The translations under genes and the position numbers were made by a program. A stretch of DNA of 58,291 bases, counting the filler, from Sphacelaria rigidula (Eukaryota), in the NCBI GenBank assembly GCA_964200075.2. It is 10 parts of 10 records of this genome, joined end to end, with 100 filler letters (N's around TTAATTAATTAA, not from the genome) between each part and the next. Parts side by side here need not be neighbours in the genome. Positions count along the whole stretch, not along the records: positions 23,358 to 29,096 come from CAXNAA020024832.1; positions 29,197 to 34,935 come from CAXNAA020024833.1; positions 35,036 to 40,774 come from CAXNAA020024834.1; 7 more parts are not named here. One strand, written 5' to 3'. The notes below the pieces were generated by a model. It was not told the origin of the DNA. It searched no databases and was given only the letters and a program-made list of their open reading frames with translations. How positions within the stretch are numbered: the first letter of the stretch is position 1; every line of letters starts with the position of its first letter. Positions 23,864 through 35,945 of this stretch are shown here, one piece after another.

Positions 23864-24466
23864 AGTAGCACACTGTGCGGAAAGTAAGAAATTAGCTGTA
23901 GGAAAATATGCTTGGCTCGGCGATAAGAATACGAAACGAGTCTTGCCTTTAATCAGAGTTTTTTAAAGTAATGTCGCCACGCCGCTACCTGTACTCGAAT
24001 CGGCACTGTTTTCTCGGAGATTGGAATTCGCGAATTTTTGGACTCTACTCTCGGACTTCTCCGAAAACTCAGCGACCCTGAGTCTTGGTTTTTTCTCCGC
24101 GCAGCTTCATGTTTGGGGGAGACCGAAAAATTCGGACTACAACGCAGCACTTCGGAGAACTACCCTGCGTATACACCGTCGCGCTAGAAAGGGTTCGAGA
24201 CTCATCAGGTATACCTTTCCAAACCCTGAAATTTCGGAGATTTTCAAACAAACAGTGTCGATAAAAGGATCGGCTAAATCGTACACAAGCGGCTATTCGG
24301 CTCCTGTTGTTTGAAAATCCTCGATTATCGTGATTTTCATCCTCTGGAGGGCAAAATAGCCCTCCGGAATGCTCCGAAGATAAAATATACCATCTCTGCT
24401 GGTTTAAGTGCCGTCCAGAGCTTTGATCTGCAAACTCCAGAGAGGTAAATTTACACTCTGGAGAGA

Positions 24467-25547
24467 ACGAGCTAGGCCAGCCTAGAGGCGGATTTTAAGT
24501 TTGCAGGCTCATGCTCCCGCCAGTATTCGGAGTTGGACCCTGAAATTTGGTATGCACAATTAATAGGGCATGAAAAAAAATTACATCGGCACCAGAAGTT
24601 TTTCTTATTTTTTTTCATGAGTTGAAGGCATTTTCCTGAAACCTGAAAACTGATCATTGCCCATAACTCATGAAAAAAAGATAAATTTCTGGTGCCGATG
24701 TAATTTTTTTCTTCATGCCCTAGTCATTGTCCATACCAAATTTCAGAGTCCAACTCTAAACATTGGCGGGAGCATGGGCCTTTACAAAACCGGGTCGGTA
24801 GAAATTCGGAACAGTATTTCGCAGGCCACTCACCGGCCCGTGTTTGGTTTTGGTGCATTGAATTTTTGTGTGGACGCTCTCTGAGGCATAAATGACAAAA
24901 AAAGTGGGTCAGGTTGATTTTTTTTCAATATTTTTCACTGGTCTAGGGCGTTCGACTATGGTAAAGATCATTTCTTCACAAAAACGCCCTAACCCGTATG
25001 AAAAAAAAGGCCCTTTTTTTTTTCGGCACTCTTTTATGGTTCTCCTCACCAAAATTCGTCGACGATGTCCGCTAAATGTATCGATCGGGAGTTTCATCGA
25101 GATTTTAGTATTGGCGCTATCTCCCTCAGGTATAATAATAGTAATTACTAGACGTGGAGTTAAATCAACGAGAAAGTATGGGCCCAAACTTTTGAGCAAA
25201 TGAGCACCTTCCCCTTCATTAGACTATTAATAATAGAGGTATCTCAAACTCGGCTCCCGGTATCCTGGTTTGTTTTGTTATATTTTTTCAAGTGAAAGTG
25301 ATGCCGATTCATTATTATTAGATGATGAGACCGTTTGACTGCCAGGTCAGGTGACCTCTCATGAATCGCGATCACTTTCACTTGAAAAAACAGTACACAA
25401 CTCAGAGCCAGCGAATAGACCAGGATACCGGGAGCCGAGTTTGAGATACCTCTAATACGATATGCGGATCACGGCCCGACTCGTTTGTATCGATGAGATA
25501 TTGCTTTTTTAGAGCTTAAATCCCTTTTTAGGCTGGCCCAGCTCGTA
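24467..25547 (+). mobile_element. ~1.08-kb mariner-like non-autonomous element with a 275-bp internal hairpin
   Basis: TIRs ACGAGCT(A/G)GGCCAGCCTA(G/A)A...TAGGCTGGCCCAGCTCG|TA; homologues in contig 9. Confidence 0.82.
25236..25452. mobile_element. 217-bp MITE with 34-bp perfect TIRs (GAG...CTC), nested in the 24467 element
   Basis: GAGGTATCTCAAACTCGGCTCCCGGTATCCTGGT at both ends, TAATA on both flanks; absent from the homologous position near 49190. Confidence 0.9.
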
Positions 25548-26662
25548 CGAGTATTGTTTCCCCAAATTTCATTTTCCCCCAGATTCACCCTCGGTAAAAT
25601 ATGTGCTCAAGGGAATCATGCGCCCTCTGGCGGCTTCGTTTACTATCCACTCCACAGGCATCAAGAACCACCAGATGATACTTCATCCTCTGGACGGATG
25701 AATGGCCCTCCAGAGTAGGAAAATCACGATAGAGGATTTTCAAGCAGGAGCCGAATGGCCGCGTGTGAAGGAATAGACTTCCTTGTGGTCCCATTCTTGT
25801 ACCAACGGGACGTAAGTGATTTTTGAGTCGAGTATGACAGTGAAAAGTATGTGAGCTAATTCCTCCGCCCCCTGAAGCTGAGAGCGGAGAGACCAACCAC
25901 AACAGTACACTTGTGCGACAGGAGCTTGCTCTCTACATCACAGGTATATTCAACAAGCACCACCATTTTTAATCGCACTCGGAATCATGGTTGGGACGCT
26001 GTGGCTGTTTCTCTGCTTCTGTCCGTTGCCCATGCATCATCTGTTGTAGGTGGAACAGTTGGCGTCGGGTGAAATGTGAAATATGCTCTATCCTCATGAT
26101 CTGTACCAGTACCCGCTGTTTCATGTGTAGCTCGTAATCGATCACTCATGCCTCCCGTACCACGTACCACACACCTGTATAGGCCCGGAGAATATGCGGG
26201 ATACGGGCTATGTTCAGGGTTTCACAGTGGCCGTGCTCGATTCAATAGGGGGGAAAAGAACAAGTTACCATGAAATGTTTGTAGCGAGGTGAAAACCTCC
26301 ATCTGTAGGACGAGAGTATCGCAACTAAAAATTAGTACCTGTGCTCTTGCTGTACAATCTACTCCATCCTCGTACCTCTACCTTTCACGGTACGAAGACA
26401 AAACTGCTGCACAGACAACAGTACAGTAATAGCATCGATCCGCCCCCGATATGATGGACAGATCACTGCGGTTACCCGCTCTACAATGGAAGGGAACTCC
26501 ACGAGTGGGTCGACTGTACAACGGCACTGCAACGACCCTGAGTGCTCCGCGCCTTCTAGTAGAGTTTCTCTTCTGGAAACTCGGAACAGTACAGTTGAAC
26601 TGTACAGTTCCAATCTTCTATCTTTCATCCGTACTTGACCGTTGTTCCATCTGTCACGCCTC

Positions 26663-26944
26663 CATGGTGGCCGACACTGTGTGTGTTGTGTGCTGTCATC
26701 CTATTTATTCTGGACGCAGGTCTACACCTTTCGGTGTAGACGCGCACACCAGCCGGGGTCACACAGGATCCTCTCCGAGGAAGGCCAACACACACAGGAG
26801 TTTTTTTTCTTTCGTTCTCAACCTTCCTTCTGCGGTGCTTGCCTTTATTTTTTTTCGCGCGAGGGGTTCAGCAATCACTTTCCCTCGTCGACCGTTCGGT
26901 CAAATTCTATTCACCCACGACATAGTCGCTCTCCACTGTTGAAC
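26663..26944 (+). mobile_element. SINE body lacking its tRNA head
   Basis: Inverted homologue of 27041-27345. Confidence 0.75.
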
Positions 26945-27040
26945 GCCGTTCAGCCCCGTTGGCCCAGTTGGTACCTCAGAACCCTCTGATGGCTGGATCA
27001 TGGGCTCGAATCTCGGAGCGATCTGGGATTTTTGCTTGCG
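26945..27040 (+). mobile_element. tRNA-derived SINE head (Pol III A and B boxes)
   Basis: A box TGGCCCAGTTGG (26960), B box GGCTCGAATCT (27003). Confidence 0.7.
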
Positions 27041-27442
27041 CAATGCCCAACAGCGGAGAGCGACTATGTCGTGGGTACACAAAATTCGAGTCGACGGTCG
27101 ACGAGAGAAAGGGACTGCTGAACCCATCTCGTGATAAAAAATAAAGGCAAGCACCGCAGAAGCAAGGTGGAGAACTAAAACTAAACAAAAAAGAAAAAGC
27201 TCGTGTGTTGGCCTTCCTCCTGCGTGACCTGGGTGACCCCCTGCGTGACCTGGGTGACCCCCGCTGGTGCGCCAACATATACCGGAAGGTGTATATTGGC
27301 GTCCAGAATAGATGGGACGAAAACACACAACACTGTTGGCCATTGTGTGAGGGAAAATTCCAGATCGCTCAGAGATTGGAACCCACGACACAACCGTTAA
27401 AATGTCTCGAGGTTACCAACTGAGCCACGGAGACGACCGGCT
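27041..27442 (-). mobile_element. Full-length tRNA-derived SINE (~400 bp)
   Basis: Minus-strand A box TGGCTCAGTTGG (27416-27427) and B box GGTTCCAATCTC (27372-27383), then a ~300-bp body. Confidence 0.78.
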
Positions 27443-28114
27443 AGATGCTGTCCGCACAACATTCCAGTGTTCCAACGTGCATGATATCTCCACAGCACAC
27501 AAGATCTATCATCGCGTATCACACGCATATGCCGCTCTTAGACGTGGCCTCATATTTACTGATTTTCACACAGAAAACAGGGAAAAGCAAGGACAGAACA
27601 TGAAGAGTATAGAAGCAAGGGAAAGAGACTAGGAAGAACACGCCAGGTGAAGATGTGGCCCCCGCCCGGTCCTTCGTACAGCGCAGTACAGCATTTTCCC
27701 TTTGAATGCCAATGATTTCTGCTGCAATATTCAAGTAGAGTTTACCATTTCAGACTCCTTTTGGATCATCATGTGGCTTTTTTGCTTGATACTCAGTCAA
27801 ATTGCGTCGCTGGGGTGCAGGGGAGTACTCGTGTGCCGTGCTGCAAAGCGGTCCTGCTGAAATCGGCACTCAGGCGCCGATTTGAGGAGAACCGCTCTGT
27901 GCTTCGCCTGAGGATCTCTGATAAAATATATGCGTCCCCTTTGCTCGAGATGCACAGTCTGCATTCGTTGGGGTTTGGGCAAGGGTTAGCGTCAGTGTGT
28001 AGTTGCGTTAGCCTGAGCGAGGAGGTTCCAAATCGCGCCTGGAATGGTCAACAGCCCTCCGAGATGTTGTCCGCCGACCTCACCGACGACGCGTAACTGA
28101 CGGCCAAGCTATCA

Positions 28115-28330
28115 AGGGTGGGAATAATCGATTATTCGTCTGGAAATTACTTGTTTTCAGTGTGATTGATTCGTACCGTACGAATCAATCCTTAGGCTTT
28201 GTTTTCAGCATTGCAACCCAGGTACGCGCAGCCCAGGGACGTGAAATGGTGCAAAAATTGCGTGGGAGACCTTTGTGACCAGCGGCCAACTTTTTTCTCT
28301 CTTTCGAGCAACCAGGCCTGAAAAATCGTG
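28115..28330 (+). repeat. Dispersed repeat (inverted homologue at ~33870-34095)
   Basis: GAATCAATCC.TAGGCT...TTGCAACCCAGGTAC.CGCAGCCCAG is shared. Confidence 0.7.
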
Positions 28331-28890
28331 GATTTGGTGATGCGAACCGGCGATGATTCGTCCGAACCGTGCAAGCTATCGTCGCTCTTCGCAGAACTTC
28401 CAGTGGTACAGTATCTAGAGTCGATGAGATCTGCGGCAGCTCGCTCTCAGGGGTCACCAAGGCAGAATCGCGAAGAAGCAACGATATCCGACAGAGTCCC
28501 AGCGCGAACCGAGTCTCTTTTTTGTTAGTTTCCCTTCAAAACATTTCCGGTTTTTGACCGTGCTTGCCAACTGTCCATAGACTGCTGCAGTGCCGGCTAT
28601 GTTAATAGAGGATTGGGCAATTATCGGGCGAAAAGCAAATAGCCATTGACATTCTTAAGAGAGCCTTGCAAAATCATCCGGCACAAACGTACTCGTAACT
28701 GTCTGGAATATTCGGATGATGACCCCGTTTGTTTGCTTTTTCTTTTTTTCTGTCATTTGTTTGGCTTGCATAATGATGTTGCGCCATATTCTACCAGAAC
28801 TTCAACTTTTTCTAGAGGAAGGGCATACACGACGCAGAGAACGCCGATCGACCACAACAGTGAAGGACAGCAAGAGACGGGGGGACAATC

Positions 28891-29016
28891 ATGCTGAACG
28901 AGAGGCAGAAGAACGTGTTGATCGACAAAGTGAACGAGGATGTCAACCTTCCCCTCGTTTCGGAGCAACGCGAGGAAAGAATGATCGAGCGGCTTGTGGA
29001 CAGAATCATGCCCCAG
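28891..29016 (+). CDS. Probable first coding exon, hypothetical helical protein
   Basis: ATG to CAG|GTCAGA donor, 42 codons: MLNERQKNVLIDKVNEDVNLPLVSEQREERMIERLVDRIMPQ; coding-like codon usage. Confidence 0.6.
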
Positions 29017-29049
29017 GTCAGAGAAAGGATTTTCTGTGTTTCCCGGAGG

Positions 29050-29096
29050 AGGGGGAGGGGGGGGGGGCGTACTCATTTGTTGCTTGCCTTAGTCGT
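29050..29096 (-). repeat. Family A copy at contig end
   Basis: G-run then CGTACTCATTTGTTGCTTGCCTTAGTCGT, the reverse complement of the 46526-46613 variant. Confidence 0.75.
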
Positions 29097-29196
29097 NNNN
29101 NNNNNNNNNNNNNNNNNNNNNNNNNNNNNNNNNNNNNNNNTTAATTAATTAANNNNNNNNNNNNNNNNNNNNNNNNNNNNNNNNNNNNNNNNNNNN
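29097..29196. other. Artificial contig spacer
   Basis: N44-TTAATTAATTAA-N44. Confidence 0.98.
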
Positions 29197-29283
29197 TGTA
29201 GGGATTCGAGGCCAAGTACCGTCCCCCCCCGTGTGCGGCCTGCGGAATCAGTAGTCCCCCCCCCCCCCCCCCGTTCTTCCCAG

Positions 29284-29721
29284 CGCACGGAGTCTCCCCG
29301 ACGGAGGAACCAGACACGCCCGACGGCAGCTGCGAGTCATACAACTGTCCCGCGGGCTTCACCAGGATAGACAATGCCTCGGCCGAGAAGTGCAAACACA
29401 AGCCTGACGAGGACACAGCAGTGCCCGAGGGCGACGACTTCATCGATGATGACTTCGAAGAAGCTCCTTCTTTTAACTTTGCTTTTGACGATGACGTCTT
29501 TGATGGGGCGTTTTCTTACGGCTTTGGGTACGACAGTTCGGGCGGCTATGGGTGGAACCCCATCTCCGATGCCGGCACCGGCGGGGGGCGTCGCATGCTC
29601 AGACCTGTTGTTGGTAAGAGGGCCGTGGACACCGATATTTTCGTCAGTCGGATGAGCACTAGCCAGACTAGCTCGGAGGAGGACTTCTGCAACACGGCGA
29701 CTTGCTGTCGCCGGCTTGAAC
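29284..29721 (+). CDS. Internal exon (phase 1-1) of a Cys-rich, probably secreted protein
   Basis: TTCCCAG acceptor, C|GTGAGA donor, 438 nt open; CESYNCPAGF...KC-[acidic insert]-CNTATCC. Confidence 0.75.
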
Positions 29722-30503
29722 GTGAGAGATATGAGGGAGGGTCATGTGGTAATGTTGAGTCAGTGTGATACGTACAGTACTTCATAATTTCGAATTGTAT
29801 CATTGTCTTATTGTCTTCAATCTCGACCAAGCCAATGCTACTGGATAAATTAGTCCAACAATACAGTAGAATCAACTGCACCATCGCATTTTCGACCGCA
29901 CAGCTCTCCATCCATGATTCGATCAGAACGGGGTACAGGGGTGCTGACCCCATGCCCAGTATCAAATTGGGAAAATGGTACGCCAAACAGAGGTGCGGGG
30001 GCGGGCACTTGCTTTCTGGTGCCTTGCTTTCACTCACGCCATCACCCCGTCCCACATGTTTGGCGCCGGTTGCAGGTACTCTATGGGGGCTGGAATAAAT
30101 GATGCGAGGGCAGCAAATGCTAGGCTTGCATGAACAAGTGCTATCACTTCGTCTATCGAAAAAGAGCGTCTCGCAACAAGGGCGAGCGAAGGTGGCTTGT
30201 CTGCCTTTGTGTGGACGGGCAGGTGTGACGTCGGTCATGATACTGGTCGATTTCAGTGGTTTTTCACTCCTGGGAGAGACGGGGAGAAGGGGGTAGAGTG
30301 CGTCAAAAGCAGGCCCACAACTGCCACGTGCGAGTTCTGAGTGTTGTTTGGAGTAAGCGGTTATCGACTTCTATAATAGAGGCGGTAGAACGGAGAGGTC
30401 AAGCAGATTGAAAATAGGCACGCATGCGCCACGTGTGCGCCACTTGAACTTTTGTGTTGCCTCGAGGTGAACCGATGTTGGGCGCCTGAGAGAGAACGGG
30501 GAT

Positions 30504-30579
30504 GGGGGGTGTAGTCACGTGTTGCTTGCCTTGAGTCATTCGACCATTGAGCATGCATCCCCTTCGAGACAGCATAGCT
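30504..30579 (-). repeat. Family A copy
   Basis: GGGGGGTGTAGTCACGTGTTGCTTGCCTTGAGTCATTCGACCATTGA..GCATCCC. Confidence 0.72.
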
Positions 30580-33009
30580 CCTCGTTTTAATAGGATGGAT
30601 CACCTCAAAAACTTGGGGTGCGTATTACGGGCGGGGGGGGGGGGGGGGTGGGGGGTGTGAGGGAGACTGTTGTGTTCTCGACAATTTTGTGTTCGTTTTT
30701 ATCCATGGGACGATGAGCTGGTTGGTGGGATTTTTGGTCATATGATGTACGGGGTGTTATCCTCTTGTCAATATCGATTTCCCTTGGTCGGGATGCATGT
30801 GCTCGTCAAACTTGGACGCTCATTACGGGGAGGGGTGGTTCAGGGAGACCTATTTTCTCGACAATTTTGTTTTGTTCTTTTTGTCGAAGGGATCATGTAT
30901 GTACTTGTGTTCCTTGGTGTTTGCCGCACTACACAGATACCAAACACCGCATACAGCAGTGATACCGTGAAAAGTCGAGTACCATACCGTACATATCATT
31001 CCCCAAAAACCGGTTCCGAGGAAACGCCGTGGAATTTCAGAAAATCGATTAGTTAACTATTCCTCATGTTGTGATGAATTATTGGTGATGGTTGACTTCG
31101 ATCTTCCTTGTCCAAAATGTGAGCGTATCTCGAGCTCTTATCGAGAGGGTACATCCGTGTACTCCGTGCGGTCAGCTGAACGTGTGTGTCTTGCCGGCAA
31201 AGCGCGGGGGGTTTGATGTTCCCAAGTACCTGTAAATGTCGGTCGGACGTAAGTATTAAATGTCTTGTATGGATGTCGTGGTTTATTCGGATGGCGTGGT
31301 CAATGTCACTTTTGTGTGCCTTCTTATTCGTTATTAACAGTCGATCATCGAAATCGAGGACGGAGCTTTTAATCGAGAATGAGAACCCGGAGAATTAAAA
31401 TCTCCGTATCCACATCAAACCTTCGAAATATGGTTCCATTCCTTAAATCACTGGTAGCTATTGATCGCTGCTACACGCCATCCAAGTTTGGAGTTCGATA
31501 ACCGAAATTGTTTTTCGATGATCGGTTGTTTTGACCGTTGATCGAGTTTCGAGCAAGTGTCTTGTCGGGGCTGACCGGATGGCAGGTTCATTGTCGACCA
31601 AAGGTGGGGCAGTCGGACTACCGACCGCTGCCGTGGTTTCTCGTTACTGTCGTGGATGTTGAGTTTGAAGGAAGCGGTTCCTTTGTAATTCGCTTGCCAT
31701 GGAACCCACAATCGTAAATGGTACCGAAAGAATTCCACATTTTGTGGTTGGACTAGAGTTCGGAAATGGTACCAGTTATAACTGGTCATTGTCATAATGA
31801 TGGTAATAATGGAAATAGTTATATTACAAAGTTGGATAGTAGTTTCAAACGATTATTCACCGTTGCCGGCTACGAATGCTACACACGGCACCCATATTTT
31901 TTAGCTCTAGTGACGCCAAATCGCGTAAAAATGTGCCTCCGGCACATCAAAGTGAGGCGCTCGGGGGGTGCCTCCGGCAGGGCTCCCTCTGCTGGGGGAG
32001 GCTTTTTGGCTCGCGGTTTCACCGCTCGATGACCAAACCATTGATCATTCAACGGGTTAACGGTATGCCATCTGAGCTGTAGGTTGAACAGTCATACGAA
32101 GAGCTCCGGCGACAAAAAGGGCCGAGTGGCGCACGAACCGAACGCGGAGCGGAACATGGGCATTTCCCCCCACCAGCGGGAGCGGACACGTATATTTTCC
32201 CAAGAAAACGGTTCACTGTACGAACTACTATTACGTGTTGGTATTGGTGGGCATAACCTCGCCGAATACCCGCGCAGGTATTATTCACGTCGGGCAGGTC
32301 TATAACGTTTTACTGATTGTCCATGGGACGAAGGGCGCCGCAGGATGGCAGGCCGTGACGGTTGACGGAAGTGCGGCCGTCATGACGGGGCCGATGACGT
32401 TATGCTGTAGCAAGGCCGGTCACCCGGTGATTCTGCCGCGCAGATCCCAACGCCAGGAACCGGCGGCGAGTTTACTTGACGGCCGTGCTGAACGTGCCAC
32501 GGTCCGCCCGTCAAGTGTGATGCCCGGCTAACACCTGGATTGAAGCAAAAACATTTTTCATGGTCGCAAAAAGAAGGGCTACTCCGTTCCGTCGCCAAAA
32601 CACAAAGACATCCATCTCCTAGCATGTTCCACAGTGAAGGAAGACCCGCTTCTAACTTCCGATGGACAAATGACGAAAAACACCACCAGAGGTGACCTTC
32701 GAACGGTCAATGCGACCCCCTTCCCAGAGCGTGAGCTCGCGACTCTCAAAAGCTCGAGTGAGGACACTGCAAAACATGATGATATCTGAGTCCGAGAGCG
32801 CAGAAATCCCACACTAATGTATTACGATAGTACATGTGTCACCCGGTATTTATTTTGGCCATAACTTCAGAACGGCGGCAAACCAGGAGCCACAACAGGG
32901 ATTGTTGTCGTGGCGTCCATGTCAGCTATACGTCTTCTTTCTACGTCCAGTGCAATCGGGCAAGAAATCGGATATCTCGGCGACTGTTGTCCCGAAGCGC
33001 TACAGACAG

Positions 33010-33537
33010 CAGTGGGCGGTCTAAGTACTCAGCGGCGTTGAGGGGTTTTCCTCGCGTACTACTCTTCGACAGAAATTGGGATCGGTAGATTTTGGTACAG
33101 CAAACATATTATCCCCGAAATACAGTGCCCAAGTCAGCGTTAGTTGGTGTAATTGGGCGATACGAGTAAATACCCCGCTCATCAGGAGGGTGTTACCGAC
33201 CGTGAAACACAGTGTTTCGGCTCAAGTGCAATGAGTAGGTAGAATAATAATAAAAAACAACTGTATCATAAATATGATCGGGACAGGCTTGATCGACCGA
33301 AAATACCGAAGAGTAAGAATCTGGGCTGAAACATGGCAGGACCCCCGATGACCGGTCATCCCGTAAGTCACTGAATATTAGGTAGAGATGATTGGATTAT
33401 CTTGGAATGTCGAGGGAATACAAATATCTTGAGGTGCCCAATGCGATGAGCGGTGTCAAGCGGAAAGAGCCCAAGAAATCATCAAATACGAGAAAATCAC
33501 AAAATGCCAAAAAAATGAATAGTTAGACCGCCCACTA
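33010..33537. mobile_element. ~530-bp TIR element (AGTGGGCGGTCTAA)
   Basis: CAGTGGGCGGTCTAAGTACTC...GAATAGTTAGACCGCCCACTA; no TSD evident. Confidence 0.7.
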
Positions 33538-33713
33538 CGATAAGGTTATCTTCACCAAGCCGTATCTCATGTCCCAGGGTTTTATATGAAGGGATGGAAA
33601 GTGAGATCGAGGTGTACCGCTCACCCCGGCTTGCCTACACGGTCGCGGTGGGGGTCGACCTAATTGTTGGGATAGTTGCTGCTGTTCGTCTTTTCCGCCA
33701 AAGGCCCTCTTAA

Positions 33714-33834
33714 CCCTTTGTGAACACGACATTGGCGATTTTTGTTTTTGTGAATCGGCATCATTTTGACTTGAAAACGACTGAAAACGATGCCGATTCA
33801 CAACAACAAAAATCGTCAATGGGTTCCAAAAGGG
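33714..33834. mobile_element. Palindromic piggyBac-like MITE with TTAA TSD
   Basis: TTAA|CCCTTT...AAAGGG|TTAA with long inverted arms. Confidence 0.88.
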
Positions 33835-34912
33835 TTAACCCTTCACGGTTAGGACAAATCATCACGACTTCAAATCACCAAACTCACAATTTCTTCGCCC
33901 TGATTGCACAAAAGGGAGAAAAAAGTTGATCGCTAGTCCAAGGGGTATCCGCGCAACTTTTGCGCCGTTCCGCGTGTCTGGGCTGCGTGTACCTGGGTTG
34001 CAACGCTGAAATAAAGCCCAGAGCCTAGGGATTGATTCGTCACGAGTCGACTCATGATACTAAAACCAAGTAATTTTCAGACGAATCATTATTTGTCCGA
34101 CCCTTGTAAGGGCCGTGCGGTGGGACCACCAGCCTATAAGCAACCGCCCTTCTCATCAACTGACAAATATGCTCACGACGTAGGTAGGATGTAACCCTTG
34201 TTCCGGAAACTTCAGCGTACGAAGCCTGAATTTCCGTTGTTTGCACTAACCGTAATAAGAATTATAAAAGCGTGGAAGAAGAATACTTCTGAAAGTATAT
34301 AGATAACGTCAAAGAGTAAAAGCATGCCCGTGGGGGCACGTACCGTATTCCACCGTGTACAACACTTGTGCGCAGTATATCACCCCGTCTCCCTGAGTGA
34401 CACTCTAGAGTGATGACTCTTCAGTATTTGTTTTGGCACGTATGTATTGGGGGGAACACGAAAAACATAAGATACATTTCCAGCCCCCCCCCTCCCCGTA
34501 GCAGGCGGAGCGGCAGGCGTAGCGGGCGGCTGAAGAAGTACATAGTGGACGGGAAAAGTACTACGAGTACTGCTGGCATTCGGAGTCCACAGCGATATGA
34601 CGAGAATGGATTTTTGAAGGAAATGCAATGAAGTAGGACCACACTGTTTGACAAGAGGAAAAGTAAAAGGAGGGAGAACACTTCCGGGTCACACTAAAAT
34701 AGAGCGCGAGCAAGGAGTGGAAAATGATAAAGGCAAGCAAGGTGTCGGCATGGGTTAGATGGGTAATGGTACGTGTATGCATAGCTAATGAAACAGCAAA
34801 CCTAAGACGGAGTCCACGGGTAAACCGAGGGAAAGCCAAGCGGGAATACGTACGCGATAGGGAAGAGAGCACACAGATAAGGGTACCAGGAGAGCGGGGA
34901 ACGAAGGACTTC

Positions 34913-34935
34913 GTAGTAGTAGTAGTAGTAGTAGT
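34913..34935 (+). repeat. (GTA)n microsatellite at contig end
   Basis: Direct observation. Confidence 0.9.
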
Positions 34936-35035
34936 NNNNNNNNNNNNNNNNNNNNNNNNNNNNNNNNNNNNNNNNNNNNTTAATTAATTAANNNNNNNNN
35001 NNNNNNNNNNNNNNNNNNNNNNNNNNNNNNNNNNN
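34936..35035. other. Artificial contig spacer
   Basis: N44-TTAATTAATTAA-N44. Confidence 0.98.
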
Positions 35036-35602
35036 CTGCCGTTACATACATTCGTTGATTTTTAGGAACATGAAGCTACTGTTTCATGCATATGCAGGAC
35101 ATGTCATCCCTAACCAGCCTCGTTGGTCGTTCTGGAGGCCAAGTCCCAAAAGGGTTCATTAGACTGCCCAGTACTGTATCTATCAGGCACATGAAGAGCA
35201 TGTAGAGTACTTCTTATTTCCTGTATTGAAAGCAGGTCCTTCGATCGGTAAGGCACGCCTTGGCTGTGGTCTGTAATCCGGGGCCCGCGATGTTCTGTCG
35301 TGACCTCGGCTAGTTGATATATGCTGGCCAACAATACTGGGTACCCGAGACAGTCTGCACCCTGTTACTCACCCAACAGTGTGTAGCCTTTGCCTTGCCG
35401 GATAAGGCCAACCGTAGGTTGGTTCGAGAGAGGTGGAAATGACTGGGGTCGAAATCACCGTCTCACGAGAGGAGGGGGGGGAGAGAGAGTGCACCTCACG
35501 ATAGAATTGCTTGCGCGGGAGAGGCCTGTGGGTTTATCAATACATGCAGATCCGACTCGCGTACATGAGGAGCACGAGGATAAAAGAAGAAGTCGTTCTC
35601 GA

Positions 35603-35606
<4 letters not shown>

Positions 35607-35645
<39 letters not shown>
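35607..35645 (+). repeat. (TG)n microsatellite
   Basis: Direct observation. Confidence 0.92.
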
Positions 35646-35648
<3 letters not shown>

Positions 35649-35843
35649 TTTTGGGTTTTCACGTATTTAATAAGTCAGGATTTTTACTTTGTCGGACACC
35701 GGATTCACTTCACTTAGACCGCACACGCTGACTTGCACTCCTCCTCTACTTGAGAATATCGTGAATAGCAAACAATGAAGACAGTCAATCATCATCCTCT
35801 CTTATGATCCCTTTGTGTTTTACCTTGGGTACGCCTGTCTTGT

Positions 35844-35945
35844 GGGTACTGCCCACGACTGGATTATGACTCCTAGGGGATCAGTTTTTTATTTGTGACA
35901 AGCAAGTCAAGCAATACATCAGTCAATCGGTCAATCGTGGTCAAC
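35844..35945 (+). repeat. Non-LTR retroposon-like 3' tail (GGGG(A)TCAGTT family)
   Basis: GGGTAC...TGGAT(T/C)ATGAC..CT.GGGGATCAGTT...(CAAT)-like tail; inverted homologue at 10491-10540. Confidence 0.55.

Noticed and set aside
26945..27442. tRNA genes
   Set aside because: A and B boxes are present but I could not build a cloverleaf, and the heads run into a repeated body; these are SINE heads.
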